From: Camelus ferus
Lineage: Eukaryota
Length of the DNA stretch: 64,000 nucleotides
Direction of reading: 5' to 3'
Assembly: GCF_009834535.1 (NCBI RefSeq)
Contig: NC_045696.1
Location: forward strand, 55,678,001 to 55,742,000
In this document: positions 12,501 to 26,034 of the stretch, piece by piece
How the letters are laid out: each line of letters opens with the position of its first letter
Position numbering within the stretch: position 1 is the first letter of the stretch
Made by a program: the position numbers and the translations under genes
Notes under the pieces: model-generated
What the model was told of the DNA's origin: nothing
The model's database searches: none
The model's input: the letters and a program-made list of their open reading frames with translations, nothing else

Positions 12501-13695
12501 ACAAAAGAGAACAAGTTTGAAGCTTGAGTCACCTACCTGCCTGGAGGAGATTTGTAGGAACAAATGGCTTATTCAGTGACCAGTTTAAATCTTCCAGGGA
12601 AGAAAGAGTGATGAAGACAAATGTGCTAGTTTACATTCAGATTGAGAGGGGAAGAAGAATCTCGAGCCACATTTAAAGCGACTGTGTCCTTTTTGCTGTT
12701 TCTGCTGTTGCTCTTGAGAAAAAAACTGGACCCCAGTTTAGGCATAAACTTCATCCAGGTGGAGGGAAAATGAGGTGCCCCCAGCAGCTGTAACTCAGAG
12801 TTTCAGAGTTTGTTTCATGTATTTATTTTCCACCTTAGGAAGTTTCATTTCTCTCTGTCTAGTGGATGATAACCAGAGTGATGTTTAACATTCAAATCCA
12901 AGTTTTATTTGAGGTGAAAATGTTTATAACATTCCTTCTCACCTGCCTCCTGGTCACACTCCTATTCCATCCAATCTCTTTGTCCTCCAGCTTCGCTTCA
13001 TCCTTGTCACTCCCGCAGTTTAAGGAACCACAGAGCAGACACCAGCTCTATCGTCTGGCCGGTTCTCCTCCCAGGTGCCCCCTTGAGATTGGCCCTGGAT
13101 GCTCCCATTCCACTCTGAGAAGGCCGTCACCCCCTCAGAGCGGTGTCCTCCCCAACCCGCCTAGGTCCCCGTCTCGGAGGAGACCTCAGGGTCCCTTGTA
13201 GGTGGGCCTCCCTGTGCAGTGCCCGCCTCACCCTTGCCAGATTCCAGAACTCCAAGAACTAAAAATACTTGCTTCTCCAGCTGGCAGGCGCTCAAGCTGA
13301 TTTTGTGCCTTGTGACTGAAAAGCAGAGGCCCAGAGGGTGGTGAGACTGGTGGGATAGCCGGCCCATGCCTGAGGGGTCCTCCCAGACTTGTGTTCGCTC
13401 TGGACCGTGGGCATCTAGCTTTATCACTCCCTCCCCAGGTAACCCCCCTAGCAGTGCTCCACATCTCTTAGCTCTTGAGCGGAATGGCCGGAGTCATGAA
13501 AAAAGTGCAGGTTGCCATTTTTAATGAGGAATGTGTACCTGCCACAGGTGCAAGCCATCCTCTTCTCTTGTGAAATTATAAAAGCAATTATAAAAAAAAA
13601 ATCAAACATTACAGAGATTCATGAAGTACAGAGTCCCTTCCCACATCCTTGCAGTCCCATGGTCAGTTCAGAGTCTGGGCTGGATTCATCCAGAC

Positions 13696-13890
13696 CAGTT
13701 CTGCCCCAGAGAATCTGCTCCCTGAGGGAAAGTTGCTTGCTCTGCACTGTACGCTTTGGCAGCCACTGGCCCCATCTGGCTGTTAGTACTGAATGTGGCT
13801 AGTGCTACTGAGGAACTGAACTTAAAATTTTAATTAATTTAAATTTACATAGCCACATGAGGCTCATGACTACTGTATCAAACAGCACAG
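13696..13890 (+). mobile_element. MER3 (hAT-Charlie) DNA transposon, apparently inside an old L1ME-type fragment
   Basis: cagttctgcc...tggcagccactggcc...atgtggctagtgctactgaggaactgaa...ttaatttaaattt.atagccacatg...acagcacag follows the recalled MER3 consensus end to end. Confidence 0.8.
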
Positions 13891-14879
13891 AACCTTTTCT
13901 CTGTGTACATACTGAGAAATACACTCATTGAATGATTGTCTTTGTTTTTTCCTCCCACAAAGATAAAGTTACAACATATACATGTCCTGAAATATGCTGT
14001 TCTAAATACCAGTAGATCTTGGAGAACTATCCATTTTTGTAATTATAGCTCGATCTCGCTCTTTTAATCACTGCATGGGATTCTGCTGAATGGATGGTGT
14101 TTAAAGTTAATTTTATTTTTTAAGGTCAGGTGTCACATTCCTGTGGTTCAAAAGGTAAAAGGATTTAAAGGGTATAGCAACAAATCCTTCCTATTCCTGT
14201 CCTCACCCAAGAAGCAACTAGTGTTAATTTTCTTGGAAATCGTTCCATACACTTTGCATGTACAAGCAAATATATGTACTTTTTATAACTTACCATAATT
14301 TATTTACATTTCTTTATATAGAAATCTTTCTCTTTTTATGAGTTCCTAGAAGCTTTCTCTTATTGTCTAAATCCTGACCGGTTGATTTAGTTTTTATTGA
14401 ATATGTTGTATGGGCCGTGCATCCTTTTCACTGACAATTTCTATTACCCATAACTTATTGAATATTAATACCGCTTCCCTCTGCTTATAATGACAGTAGA
14501 GTTCACACACTTCTAATTATACCTTAAACTTGCTTTCCAGTACTCCTGAGGGATATTGGTTGATCAGTCCATATTCTGTCAGCTTGGAGTCCAAGCCCCA
14601 GGCGAAGGTTAAGGCTGGGAGCAGGGGACAGTGAGAAGCTGTTTGCTGGCCTATCCAAGGCATCTTGATCACAGTGCTCTGGTCATCAGAGCCAACCTGG
14701 CACAGGCCACAGAGACCCAGGAAAGGGGCCGAAGCAGGTGAAACGGAGGTGGCAGCCTAAATGGGAAAAGTATCCTGAAGTCGATCATCTATATTTTTGC
14801 AGAAACTAAAGCCAGATGTATCTTAAAGTAGGACTGAAATTAATTATGACCACAGATTCTCACAGTGGACAAAAGGAGA

Positions 14880-15470
14880 CTGTCCTGATGACAGCTTGTC
14901 ACCAGCATCACTCACTAAACCCTTCTGTGGCTTCCCGATGCCCTTGAGACAAACATCAACTCTATACTACCAGCAAGGTTTAGCAGCCCATCACACTCAG
15001 ACACCTGTGTCCTCTGCGGCCTCCATGGACACCAGCTCCCCACCTGCGCAGGGCCCCTGGCCACACTGTACTTCTCATGGGGCATCAGAAGTACCTGTGC
15101 TCCTCCTGCCTCCAAGTGCTTGTGCATTGACCCACCCTCTGGGTAGAATGCTCTCCCTGGCTTTCTTTCTAGCTCTACCTCAATCTTGCCAACTCCAGCC
15201 CATCTTTGGTGTCTCAGCTTGGATGTCTCGTCCTCCAGGATGCCTCCCCTGACCCCTCTGAGAAAGGGTTGGTGCTCTTCCTTTCTGATCCCATTGTACC
15301 CTGGGCTGCCCCAACACTACCGCTCTCACCCCCAACACTATCCCTGCCTCTTTCTAGACTCTAGATGACCCCGGGTCAGCTCTGTGAGATAGCAACCATG
15401 TCTCCTGCTTCATCATTTTACCACTGGCACCTAGCATAGTGCTCATAAATATGTGTTGAGTGAGTGGATG
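14880..15470 (+). mobile_element. L2 LINE 3' part
   Basis: aaacccttctgtggcttccc...tagaatgctctccc...ctggcacctagcatagtgctcataaatatgtgttgagtgagtggatg (L2 3' terminus). Confidence 0.7.
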
Positions 15471-17364
15471 GCTCCAGGGGAGGGCACCTGTCTTGGGTCT
15501 GTAGGGTGGCAGGGTCGGGTGGAGGGTGTGTTCTGCAGGACTATTTTGCACATATGTGTGCATCTGTCATGTGTTCTGTGTATCAATGCAAAGACTGAGG
15601 AGGTGGTCAAGCTCTGGTGAAGCACTGGTGGAGCTTAGGGCTGAGGCTTCATTTGGCAAATAATTGTCACCTGGTTTTGGGGGAAGTCATCACGTTCTGA
15701 ATCTCAATTTCCTCATCTAAAAGACAAGAATGAGAATTAGATGAGATAATATATGCAGAAGGGCCTTTAAAATGAAAATGAATATCGTAATTATCCTGCA
15801 AGTTTGGACACTGGTGCTCGGAAAGGACTGAATGGCCCCAAAGACTCTATTTACTGATACGCTGTGGATCTGATGCCTCCTTGTAGACATCACCTGCTGC
15901 CATATTGGAGGGAAATCAGGACAGCTGTTTCCCTTACGTGACCCACACACACCCTTGTGCCTCCCCAAGCCCTGCCAGCTTCAGCCATGGCTCCTAGTAG
16001 AGGTTCTTCAGGGCCTTTCAATATGTTGTCGTGCAGGTGAACAGCTGGGGCTCCCGTGATGCCTTGTTCACTTAGGGCCTGAATCGTCCTGTACTGAGGC
16101 AAACAGAGATAAGTGAACCAGAAGCTATGTCATGTTCAAGTTGAAAGACTCTAGGGAAATCACTATCCAAACCTCTCATTTAACACATGAGAACCTGGAG
16201 CCCTAGAGGTTCCACTTACCCGAGAAGGTGCAGCTGGCCCAGTGATGTTTTCTGGCTGCTTACTGATGTGGACCAGAAATCATGGGTTAGTGTGTTTCTC
16301 AGAACCACCCAGCATCAGGGATCCCTGAGATGGGAGAAGAGGCTCAGATGATGATGCCTTTAGGAGAGAAGGGGGATTCATCAGACTACCTCACAGCTTG
16401 AGGAAAATATCCTTTATTACATAACTGGTTGAAAGGATGACATCTATTTACTGACACAGAAAGATGTCTAAAAATAGTTAAGTAAAAAAGTTTACAGAAG
16501 AGTACATAAAGTATACATAATTCCATTTTGGTAACTATAAATGTAAGACAAATTCTGGAGGAATATGCTCAAAACATTAATAGTGGCTTTCTTTGGATGG
16601 ATCTTTTTCTCTTTCTTCTGCATTCTTTGCTGTGTTGACAGATTTTTTTTTTTAATGATGGGCATGTAGATTGTTTATACTTTGAAAAAACTATAAGGTA
16701 TTTTCATCTTTCTAAAAGCATACCTTCTAAATTATTCCAGTTTTCTTTGATTTTGTTTCCATCAGACATCTTTTGTCATCTGCAGCTTGCTCTCCTGTGT
16801 GAGGCCCTCATCTATACAGAGCCTAGACCCAGTTGCGAATTCCTATTTTGAAAAAAGATGAGATTGCCACCTGACTTTACAAAGTTGTCCCCTCAGAACA
16901 TGGTTACAGAAAACAGGTCACTCTCAGATGAACTAGCCAGATTAAGGTTCTGATCCTGCCAAGAAGAGAAGACCCCCACCTGTGATGACTCCACAGAGAC
17001 CTAGCTCCTCCCATGCACACACCCCCTGAGGCCCTTCCTAAACATCAGCTGGACCTGCAGGCCTTCTGGCCACCACTTGGGGTTCAGGGTAAAACAGCCC
17101 TGGAAACCTTTGATCAGATCTGGAATGTCTGACTTGTGGGGAGAGAGAGCTTTGGTTTGAAGTTGTGCAAAAGCATGGCTCGCTGGCTGCTCTGGCCACT
17201 GGCTGACACTCATAAGAGACTTGTATGATACCAACAGAGTATGAGATAAAGGTTTTTTTTGTTGTTTTTTTTTTGGTTTGTAAAAGTGAGGTCCAAGCTA
17301 TTAGAAGGCAGAGAACCTGCCAGGACTGCAGGAGAGTGGGGGTCTGGGAGTAATTAACTCTTAG

Positions 17365-17770
17365 ATGCTTACACCTTGTTTACACCAAGTCATCTCTTGT
17401 CCCGCACAGTCCTGTGAGTTAGCTGAAGCAGGTAATGATTACACCTGCTGCAATAACGAGGACACTGAGCTTCCCCAAGGGCACAGACCTAGTAATGCCC
17501 AAGCTGTGGCCTTCACTTACTACTCACTAGGATGCAGGATTTAAGTACATAGCGTACATCTTAAAGCTCTGGACTGGGAATCAGAAGACCTAGGTATCTG
17601 TCATGTGACCTTGTGGGAGTCCCTTCATCTTTCTGAACCTTAGCTTCCTCATCTGTAAAATGGGGATAACAATACCTGTCCAGCTTGCCTTGTGGGATGG
17701 GGATCTGACAAGACCAGGGGCACAAAAACAGTGTGCTGTGCAAATAGTGAACTGCTAAAGGATGATACGG
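17365..17770. mobile_element. Two adjacent MIR fragments in opposite orientation (- about 17365-17530, + about 17560-17770)
   Basis: gaggacactgagcttccccaagggcacagacctagtaa (reverse MIR), then tgtgacctt...tctgaaccttagcttcctcatctgtaaaatggggataaca (forward core). Confidence 0.6.
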
Positions 17771-20700
17771 TATGATTAATTTCCCGGTGCAGCACTGAGG
17801 GATGTGTGTTTGAAAGTAACTTTCGCTAAATGGAACTGTTATTTTAGGACTGGATAAACCTAATACAGCCCACAACAATCCAACAACCCCCAGCCAGTTT
17901 CCTAGGAACCCAAACCTTCTATTTTCACACCCCTGTCCTGCTTTGGGTAGATTTTCAGCTTTGCAGAAAAATAATCAGGTTTCCAGGGAAGAAAGAGAGG
18001 CCTCCCTGACCAGACACAGCTGGGCTGGAGTGAGCTTGAGTTGGAGGCTCTTCCTGAAATAGCTGCTTGGGGGATCATGCTTTAATCCTAAGAGACTGAA
18101 CTTGCCTGCTTGTTTTGAGGGCTATTTAAGTACAAAACCCCTTAAATCTGTGCTATGCTTTCCTCATAGCAGGGGCCACTAGAGAGGCTGGGAGGGAGGG
18201 TCTGGGGTCCTCACCCACCTGCTTAAGCTAGGATACTCTGCTTTTCTCATTGCTTTTTGTTTTATGCTGTGGGATGGAATTTATCAGAACAAAGCACTTC
18301 ATGCTTTTTTTTTTTTTTTTTTCAAGTTGGAAAACCACTGCTACTTAAATCTGCAAATCAGCAAAACTTCTTCTCTGTCTCATGGTCACCCACCCAGCCA
18401 ACCATCTCTCTCCCATGCCCACTCCTGACCTCACTAGTACCTCCTCGCTGAGATCTGCCGCCCTTAACGCCTGCCCTGGAGCTTTCCTTTGGGCAGTCTA
18501 GGGTCTTGTTTTGTTTGGGGGTGAGACATTTCACAGATCCTGCAGAACACACGTGCAAAGTCGGTTTTGCGGGGTGGAGGGAGTCAGCCTTGATATGTAA
18601 CATGCTGCTTTATATAGTGTGAGAAGTTTCCATTTTCAATGGAAACAACAAAGAAATGAGGCAGAGATGAAGGATTGGCATTAATGTTATTTCTCCAAAT
18701 TTCTATGGATAGTTCTTGGTCTGTTTTGCCATTGTGGATATAAATGTTTCCTATGTGAACACTAGCAACACAGAATAATTTCTGGCACTGTAGATGTATC
18801 CCAATTAATGCTGGATGAGAGAGAGGGAAGAGACAAAGGAAGGGGGATAGGAAGAAAGAATGGAATTGGAATCTGGTACAGAAAAGTAACTTGAGAATTT
18901 TGGAAGCGGATAACCTAACTTGAAGTCCTGCCTTTGCTGATGATGTTTTGTGTGACATGGAGTAAGTATTCCGTATGTGACATGCAGTAACATATAAGAA
19001 ATCTATTAGATGAGGATAAAAATATTTGCTTTATAGACCTCACAAGGATGTTGTGAGGATCAGCTGAAACCGTGAATAGAAAGAGGACTTTCAGATTTCA
19101 GTTAGGAGGCCATTGTTGTTCTCCAGCTGAAGACTCTGTCATCATTTTTTCCCCACTGTTCTTTGAACAGATGGTTTGGAGGATTAGGGTCTTTCCCTCT
19201 TTCTGTTTAATTTTGGAGCTTTGAAACTAAACCCAGCTGTTTCTACAGTTTTGCAATGCTAGATCTCAGTGGTTATTCACCGGGTAGGATTGGAACTGAT
19301 ATAAATCACCTCCATTGGCACTCTTGAATAATAACTTGTGATAAGAATAATTTAAAGATAACACTATTGGCAGAGGGGTTTTAGTCTAATCTTTTTTAAA
19401 AATATCATCTAATAATTTGAATTTTGCCTTGAATGTAACTTTTCCACTCTTCAAATGCAGGTCAGCTTGATTTTTCATGAACCTCACATAATTTAGTAAA
19501 ATGGGATATTTTACTTACTGTTTAATCTTGAATCCAGTTTCACAGAGCCTAGAGAAATGATGGTTTCTTCTTTTCCTGGCTAATGTGGCAAATTTCCAAA
19601 TGATATAGATTATTTACATATTTCACTTAGACTTAAGACAGCTAGAACTTTTTTATTCTTGCATACTCCTAACTGAATACTGTAGCATCAGTCTCTTCAC
19701 TTAACCATTTATTTTGAGTTAGATATTCAAATCTCTGTCTAAAAATTAAAAAAAAAAACAACTAAGCTCAGCTAGTGTGGAATGTAGTGATAATTCAATG
19801 AGCAAATATTTCTGGGGAAAATTTTGAGAAGTGATGAAAACAAGCTCAACTACATTCCAGTATTGGATTGGACATCCATCTCTTGGTACAGTGACATGCC
19901 CATTTTTTTTTTTTAACATATAGGTCAAATTGCTCCAAAAAATGCCTTTTCAAAATAAGCAATGCTGCTGATCTAGTCCATCTTGGGACTCATTGTTAAA
20001 AAATTCTTCCCTTCTGCTGCCTTCTTTGGGGCAATACCAAACAAACATTAACAACTGTGGAACAGATGTTCTAACTGGAGAAGATTCCAAAGCTGGGCTC
20101 AAACGTATCCCCCACCAGAACAAGGCACCAACCACAGAGATTAATCTTCTGGTATGGGTGTTATGAGATAAAAGCACCTTCTGGATTTTATCACGTGTTT
20201 TTATAGAACAGCCTTTAGAGGGTTTTTTGTTTGTCTGTTTGTTTGAGGCCAGGGTCAAGAAGTTCTTCCATTTTGTGATCCCAAGTGTCAGACAAATGCT
20301 TATGCTTGGTGCTTGGATTTTAGGCAAAGGAAACAGAAATCCTTTCTGTTCGCTATTACAATTTTTAAATAAGATGATTTCTCTGTCACCTTTTAAAATT
20401 TTGATGGAAGATATTAAGAAATCACTGTAATTATATCATCAGATATTTTAAGAAGATAAATTTTGCTGCATTCCAGGAGATGCAGGGTATCAAGCAAGAC
20501 AGTTCCCACCTTCCATCTAGGTACCAATATAAAGTCATATGCAACCCAAACATCATGCTCCCTATTTCTTCATTTAACCAACAAGTATCTGTAGAAATCC
20601 TACATTGTCCTAGTACTGAAACATCCTATCTCCCAGCTCTAGTTAGCCTTTAATTTTAGAAGTCTGATTGTAAACAGAGTGATGAAGTGGGGGAGGCTGG

Positions 20701-21959
20701 AAGGTGATGATGTTGGTGAGACTAGTGTGTTGTAGGGGAAGGCAATGAATCCACAAAGGTCCAAGTTCTAGCCCACAACCGAGTGAGTCCTCCCACCTCA
20801 TTCCCAGTGAAGGGTGTACAGCTTTCAATAAGTGAGGGAGGGAAAGTGAGAAATAGTCCCCACATGATGAGATCAGCAAGAGAGGTGAGATCAGCAAGGG
20901 ATCTCCCCTGACAGGGGGAGAATCAAGGGCAGGGAACTGGAATCACCCAAAACATCATTAAGCCCAGACAGAGAGCTTTCTGTGTATGGTTTGGTAAATG
21001 TCATGCACATGGACACAAAGAATCCTAGATTTCAATCCCACAACAAGAGCTTTGCCTTCTCTTATAACATAGTTTCTCGACATAATTTAAGCTCCATCAG
21101 TTGTTTTCATAGTGTCTAGTGTTAGGTTACGTGAAGGAGACTCCTGTAGACTTCATTCTACCAGATCCTCACACAAAACCAAAGGAACACTGCTTTTATT
21201 AATTCGTGTATATTTTTGCTGCTACATGAGGATCTTCAGGAACACACAGCATGTAGACGTGAGGCTTTCTTGATTTTCCTCCCATTCCCCTCTCTATAGA
21301 AAAGGAATGGGCCCCAGATAAGGGGCCACTTCATTGTTAAGCATTTTTCCAAGCCCAAATGAGCATAATCGTCTGCTTGCCGTGAGATACAAAATACTGG
21401 TATCAACCACCTTGGACCAAACATGAACACGTGGAGTTCATTTTGCAATTCTAATCATCACAATTAGAAAATATTCTCTTGACAAATATATTTATTGTAA
21501 AAGAATCTTTTCATGATGCTATTACCTTGCCATTTACTCCCTTACCTCCTTTCCTAAGTAATTATGTTTATGAATGCATTCTTTCCTTTGCCATTAAAGG
21601 TTCTATTCCAGTCTTCTTCCCTTCTGCCCATGAGTCAGCATGTCCTGCCAATCAGAAATCAGCTATGACCTCATCATTTCCTTTTTGTATATTCTAACAC
21701 TCAGTTATTTGTCCCTCCTCTGGCCCACCAAAGGCATGCCCTTCCCTGTCATTAATGTCTTGGACGTATAAAAATTGCCCACCCCCTTTAACTTCTACAT
21801 ACACTTTAAATTATGGAAGATCTTTCAATTAATGGAACAATTGCTCCAGGACCTCTTTTCTTTCACCCAGGCCTAGTGGCTTCCTATTCAGAATGAATGA
21901 AATATATATTCACAAAATACACATTACATATGTAAAGTTTTTTGACAGATGTTCTAATA

Positions 21960-22410
21960 TTTTAATTAATGATACATGCTAATCCTCACTGTAGGGAAAC
22001 TGGAAAATATATCAGTGCTTTAGAAAGAAAAAAGTGCTTGGGTTAATTCTACCACACAAAGGTAACGTTCACTTTCAGGGTTTTTTTCTATGTATATTTT
22101 CCACACATAATTGTAATTATATTGTATATATCTAATGTTGTGTCTTGCTTTTTCACTTAGCATTAATAACCTAAGTCTTTATTCTAGTCATCAAACCCTG
22201 CTTTTAACATTATTTTAAGGCCTGGTAATATTTTTTCATATAATGCACCAGTTTATTTACTCTTCCTCATTACTGGGACATTTAAATTATATATTTATAA
22301 TATTATAAAGAAGGCCACAGTGAATATTTCAAGGCATATGGCCCTTTTGTTATGTTATGATATTTCTTTGGAAGAGATCCCCAGAAGTAAAATTACTGGC
22401 TTAAAGGGTG
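21960..22410 (-). mobile_element. Ancient L1ME-type 3' fragment
   Basis: AT-rich; ttgtgtcttgctttttcacttagcatt...gggacatttaaatt...ccagaagtaaaattactggcttaaagggt, the reverse of an L1 ORF2 end / 3'UTR. Confidence 0.55.
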
Positions 22411-22939
22411 TATATTAGTCAGGCCTTTTTAGGCTGAGAGTGAAGGAACTCAAACTGCATAAGAAAAAAAAGGGCTGGTGGTTGATTCATATAAGCAAAC
22501 TTGGGAGGTGGGGATGCTGGCTTTAGGAAGCTGGGACTTAAGGCTGGAATTGCAGCTTTCTGAGTTTTCCTTGTCTCTGGAATGGTGTAATAGCATTTCT
22601 CTTACAGAGATAAGTGAAAATGGAGATAACGTACTTCATGTGCCTAACCCACAGTGACAGCCCTGCACCATCTTCCACCTTTTTTTAGGGCCAAGATTTT
22701 ACAAACTTGCCTGGCCTGGCGGTTGAGCTTATCACCCATGAATCCCCAGGGCCCCTTCCTTCTTTTGGCCGGCTATGTTGACGGGTTTGTCTTGGTCTCC
22801 CTGGTGCCGTTCAGGCAGCCCTGCATTTCGCACCCCCATCATTGTTTCCACTCTGACCGCCCTGCCCAGCCATCTCCCACCCCAGCCGCCCACCCTAGTG
22901 CTCAGAGGTCACCGCTGAAAACAAAGGAATCTCCGGCTA

Positions 22940-23750
22940 GTCTGGGAAGGACAGGCCGAGAAGGGGAGGTGGGCGGGGGTTCTTCGACGGAGCCGTCTCT
23001 TCACTCCGTTGCCCTCAAAGCCGGCTCCTCAGTCATTTGCTTGCTGACATGGGTTTACGTCGGGCCCGCGCCAGGCCGGTGCCAGGGACGGGACAGGAGA
23101 AAGGGGCTCAGGCCCAGCCAGACCCAGGCGGTGGGGTCGCGACCCTCTCCCCTTCCCGCCGCCGCCCCCTCCCTCCCTCCCCCCCCCTCCAGTCCCCGCC
23201 CCCGCCAGCTGGGGAGACGGAGAATCCTCCCTCCCGGCCCTCGGGGTCCGGAGCCGCACTGCCGCTCTCTGTCCCTTCGGGCGGCATCTTCAGCTTTACC
23301 AATGTCAAGGCCACGTTCCCGCTGATCTCTCCCAAAAGAAACAATGACGCCGCCTTCTGCTCCCACTGCCTCGGCTTCCTCTCCAGCCACTCCGCCCACG
23401 GGTTTCGGATCCCCTTTCGGCGTCGGGAACCCGCCCCCCTGCGGCTGCGGGGAAAGCCCTGCGCGGCCGCGCGCCGCCGCCGCTTCCCGAAACGGCTCGG
23501 ACGGCTCTGAGTCACCCGCGCGCGGCGGCCCGTGGCACGGGCGCCCCGCCGACCCCCGCCGCTCTCTGCTCCCGCTTTCCCAGGAGCCGGGATGCCCGGC
23601 CGACCAGAGACCCCGACTCCCCCGCCCCGCAGCCCGTGTCGGTGCGGCCCCGGGCAGAGGTGGGGTCCTCCCCACCCCCTCCCCGGGCCACGGTGCAGAC
23701 CCACCGCGCACAGAGCAGGAACAGGAGGAGGAGGGGCGCCCTGAACATCA
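22940..23750. promoter_or_regulatory. Intronic CpG island (probable promoter or enhancer)
   Basis: Very GC- and CpG-rich (e.g. gcgcggccgcgcgccgccgccgc 23461-23483), with GC boxes (gggcgggg ~22971, ccccgcccc ~23194) and AP-1 TGAGTCA 23508-23514. Not recognisably repeat-derived. Confidence 0.9.
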
Positions 23751-26034
23751 AACTGGGGTTTTGTTTGTTTTCTTAACCATATCCAGGAAGAAGGGAAGCC
23801 TGTCAGATAACAGGAAAGAAAGAAAGAGGATAATCAGAACTGTAGGAAATTGTTTAAATTGCCTCATGTGACATATTATCAATTGAGAGCGGGAAGCCGG
23901 TGGAAACACAAGTGGGGGCTGGCTCAAAACCTTACCATCTGAAGCGGGGCAAGGTGCGGGGGTGGCGGGGGTAGGGGGGAACCAGGCCTTCATCTCACCA
24001 TTTGGAGGATCTTGGGCAGGTCCTCTGAGCTCTCCGGTCTCGGGCAAATTGGAGCGAATCTTTATCAGAAAATGTTTATATTACTTTTGTGGCTCTTACT
24101 TTACTTTGAAAGGGAGAATTTAAACTTCATTGTGAAAGTCTTCCATTATAGTGAAAAGAATTTCTTTCGCCCTCCCTGCCTTGCATTTTAGCTACGTTCT
24201 AATGTAGGTTCAGACTGTGGATGCTATTTCCATGTTTCCTCTCTTTCATCCTTGCCCTTCCCTCCAGGTGGCTCCCAAGGCCCCCGGGGAGACAAAGAAG
24301 GTGCACCCCTGAATGAAAAAGAAAAGTTGGCACCCGGGACGTTCTGCCACTGTGAGCATTCTTTCTTGAAGTATAACATCCTGCCACCCCTGCCTTTTTA
24401 CCGGGGGATGAAGTTCCCTGCAGGTCCAGTGTGGCAGGGCTCTGTTACCTGAACCTGCATGTAATCCGGGGGAAAATGATTGCTGTGGAACTCTCCTCGC
24501 TTCTTTCTTTCCACCTTTTTAGAATACACCTTCTTTAGCCCCCACCTGTCATCAGGACACTAAACATTCTCAGTCCACTTCAAATCCTTCCAGTACAAAT
24601 GCAGAGCTAGGAAAAGTAGGGACCGTGTAATATATTTGTCTGTATCTATCATCACAGTTGTAAGATTTCGACTGTCCCTTCTTTCAAGAACAGTCCTTTT
24701 ATTCTAAAATTATGTTCTCTATAACTTTATTTTGAACTGTCCATTCTATTACGAAATGCTAGTAGTTCTTACTGTTTTTAGTTGATATCCTCTGTCAGAA
24801 AAATTTAAAAAGTTAGTAATCCTATGTGTGTCCCCCAAAATATTTTAAAATTGGTTCATGAACACCAAAAATCCTGGGCACAATTGCTCTCTTCAGCGTC
24901 TGGTTCACACCACGTTGCTAGGACCTTCTTGTTGCCCCTCCCAAGGGCATTAGTATCTATTCAAAGAAACTGTCAGAATGAAAACCTCAAAGAATTTCTA
25001 AGGAGCGATGTGGGGGAAGTATATTTGGTGAAGAGGCCTTTCTGTATTCTCTCAGCAGCTAGTACTTGGTCTAGTTTAAGGCAGCGAAGTTGTATCTGTT
25101 CCTAACTTCCGGCATTTAGCAACTGGCGTGACTTTTGATGGGCCCCTCCTAATACAACAGAGAACCCATTTTGAATGTGCCAGCATCTCTTGGTTTTTTA
25201 GTTTGCACATCAGCAGAATGGCTAATGAAGGCGCCATACTTTTCCTTAAAACGTGAAAATTAGGTCATGTGGATAAGCAGTAAGTAGCACTCCTCACTGC
25301 AGTGGCGGCATGCTGTGGTCTTACATCATACCATCGTAAGGTAAGCCTCCTTTGTTAATATCTGTTGAACATTCACGGGGTGTTTAGTGCTAATCAAAAT
25401 ATCCTCAAGTCACAGAATCACTGTCCTGCGGTAACCAATGGTGCAGCAAGGTCTGATTGTTGAACCGCACCTGCCCACATCAGTACAGACACTACACAGT
25501 CATGTTCATCCTGGATGCTAAGATAAAATTTTGCTTAAAATTTTTTGCTTAGATTTGGGAAGGAGAGGAAAGGCAGATTTTAAGTTTGAAGTGATTAGCC
25601 GAGGACTACTGGCCAGGAAGCCATGCCAACTTTCATAAAAACACTTTCACACGTGACCTCTGTTGATCTTCCCCCAAGACCCTGTGACTCCATGAGGCAG
25701 GCAGAATGGAGAGATACTGTTGTCCTCCCTTTCCCGAGAAGCAGTTTAATTGACTTGCCCAAGGCCACCCTGCCGGGTGGGGAGTCTGCTCAGAATTTGC
25801 CTCCTCCCATGGCCCTCCTGCCTCCACTGTCATCTTTACTCCATGGAGGCCTCCAAAGGGCACAGGGCCCTTGAGCCAGGGGACAAAGGGGAGAGGGGAA
25901 GCCGCTTCTGGTGCCACATGTCTAAGAATCCATCTCAGGAAAAAAAAAAATTGGCCAGAGCTGAGGGCAGGCTGTTTGACAGCTAGGGAAAAACCATGGG
26001 GAGAGGACTTGGAGGGAACTGAGAGAAGAGCTAC

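Noticed and set aside
17365..17770. Inverted MIR pair as a dsRNA hairpin
   Set aside because: The copies look too diverged for extended pairing by eye, and this arrangement is common.
22654..23711. Overlapping 150-220 aa ORFs on both strands at the CpG island
   Set aside because: Stop codons are depleted in GC-rich sequence, so all frames stay open and give low-complexity Pro/Arg/Gly/Ala products. Only the ATG-to-donor segment was kept, as a hypothesis.
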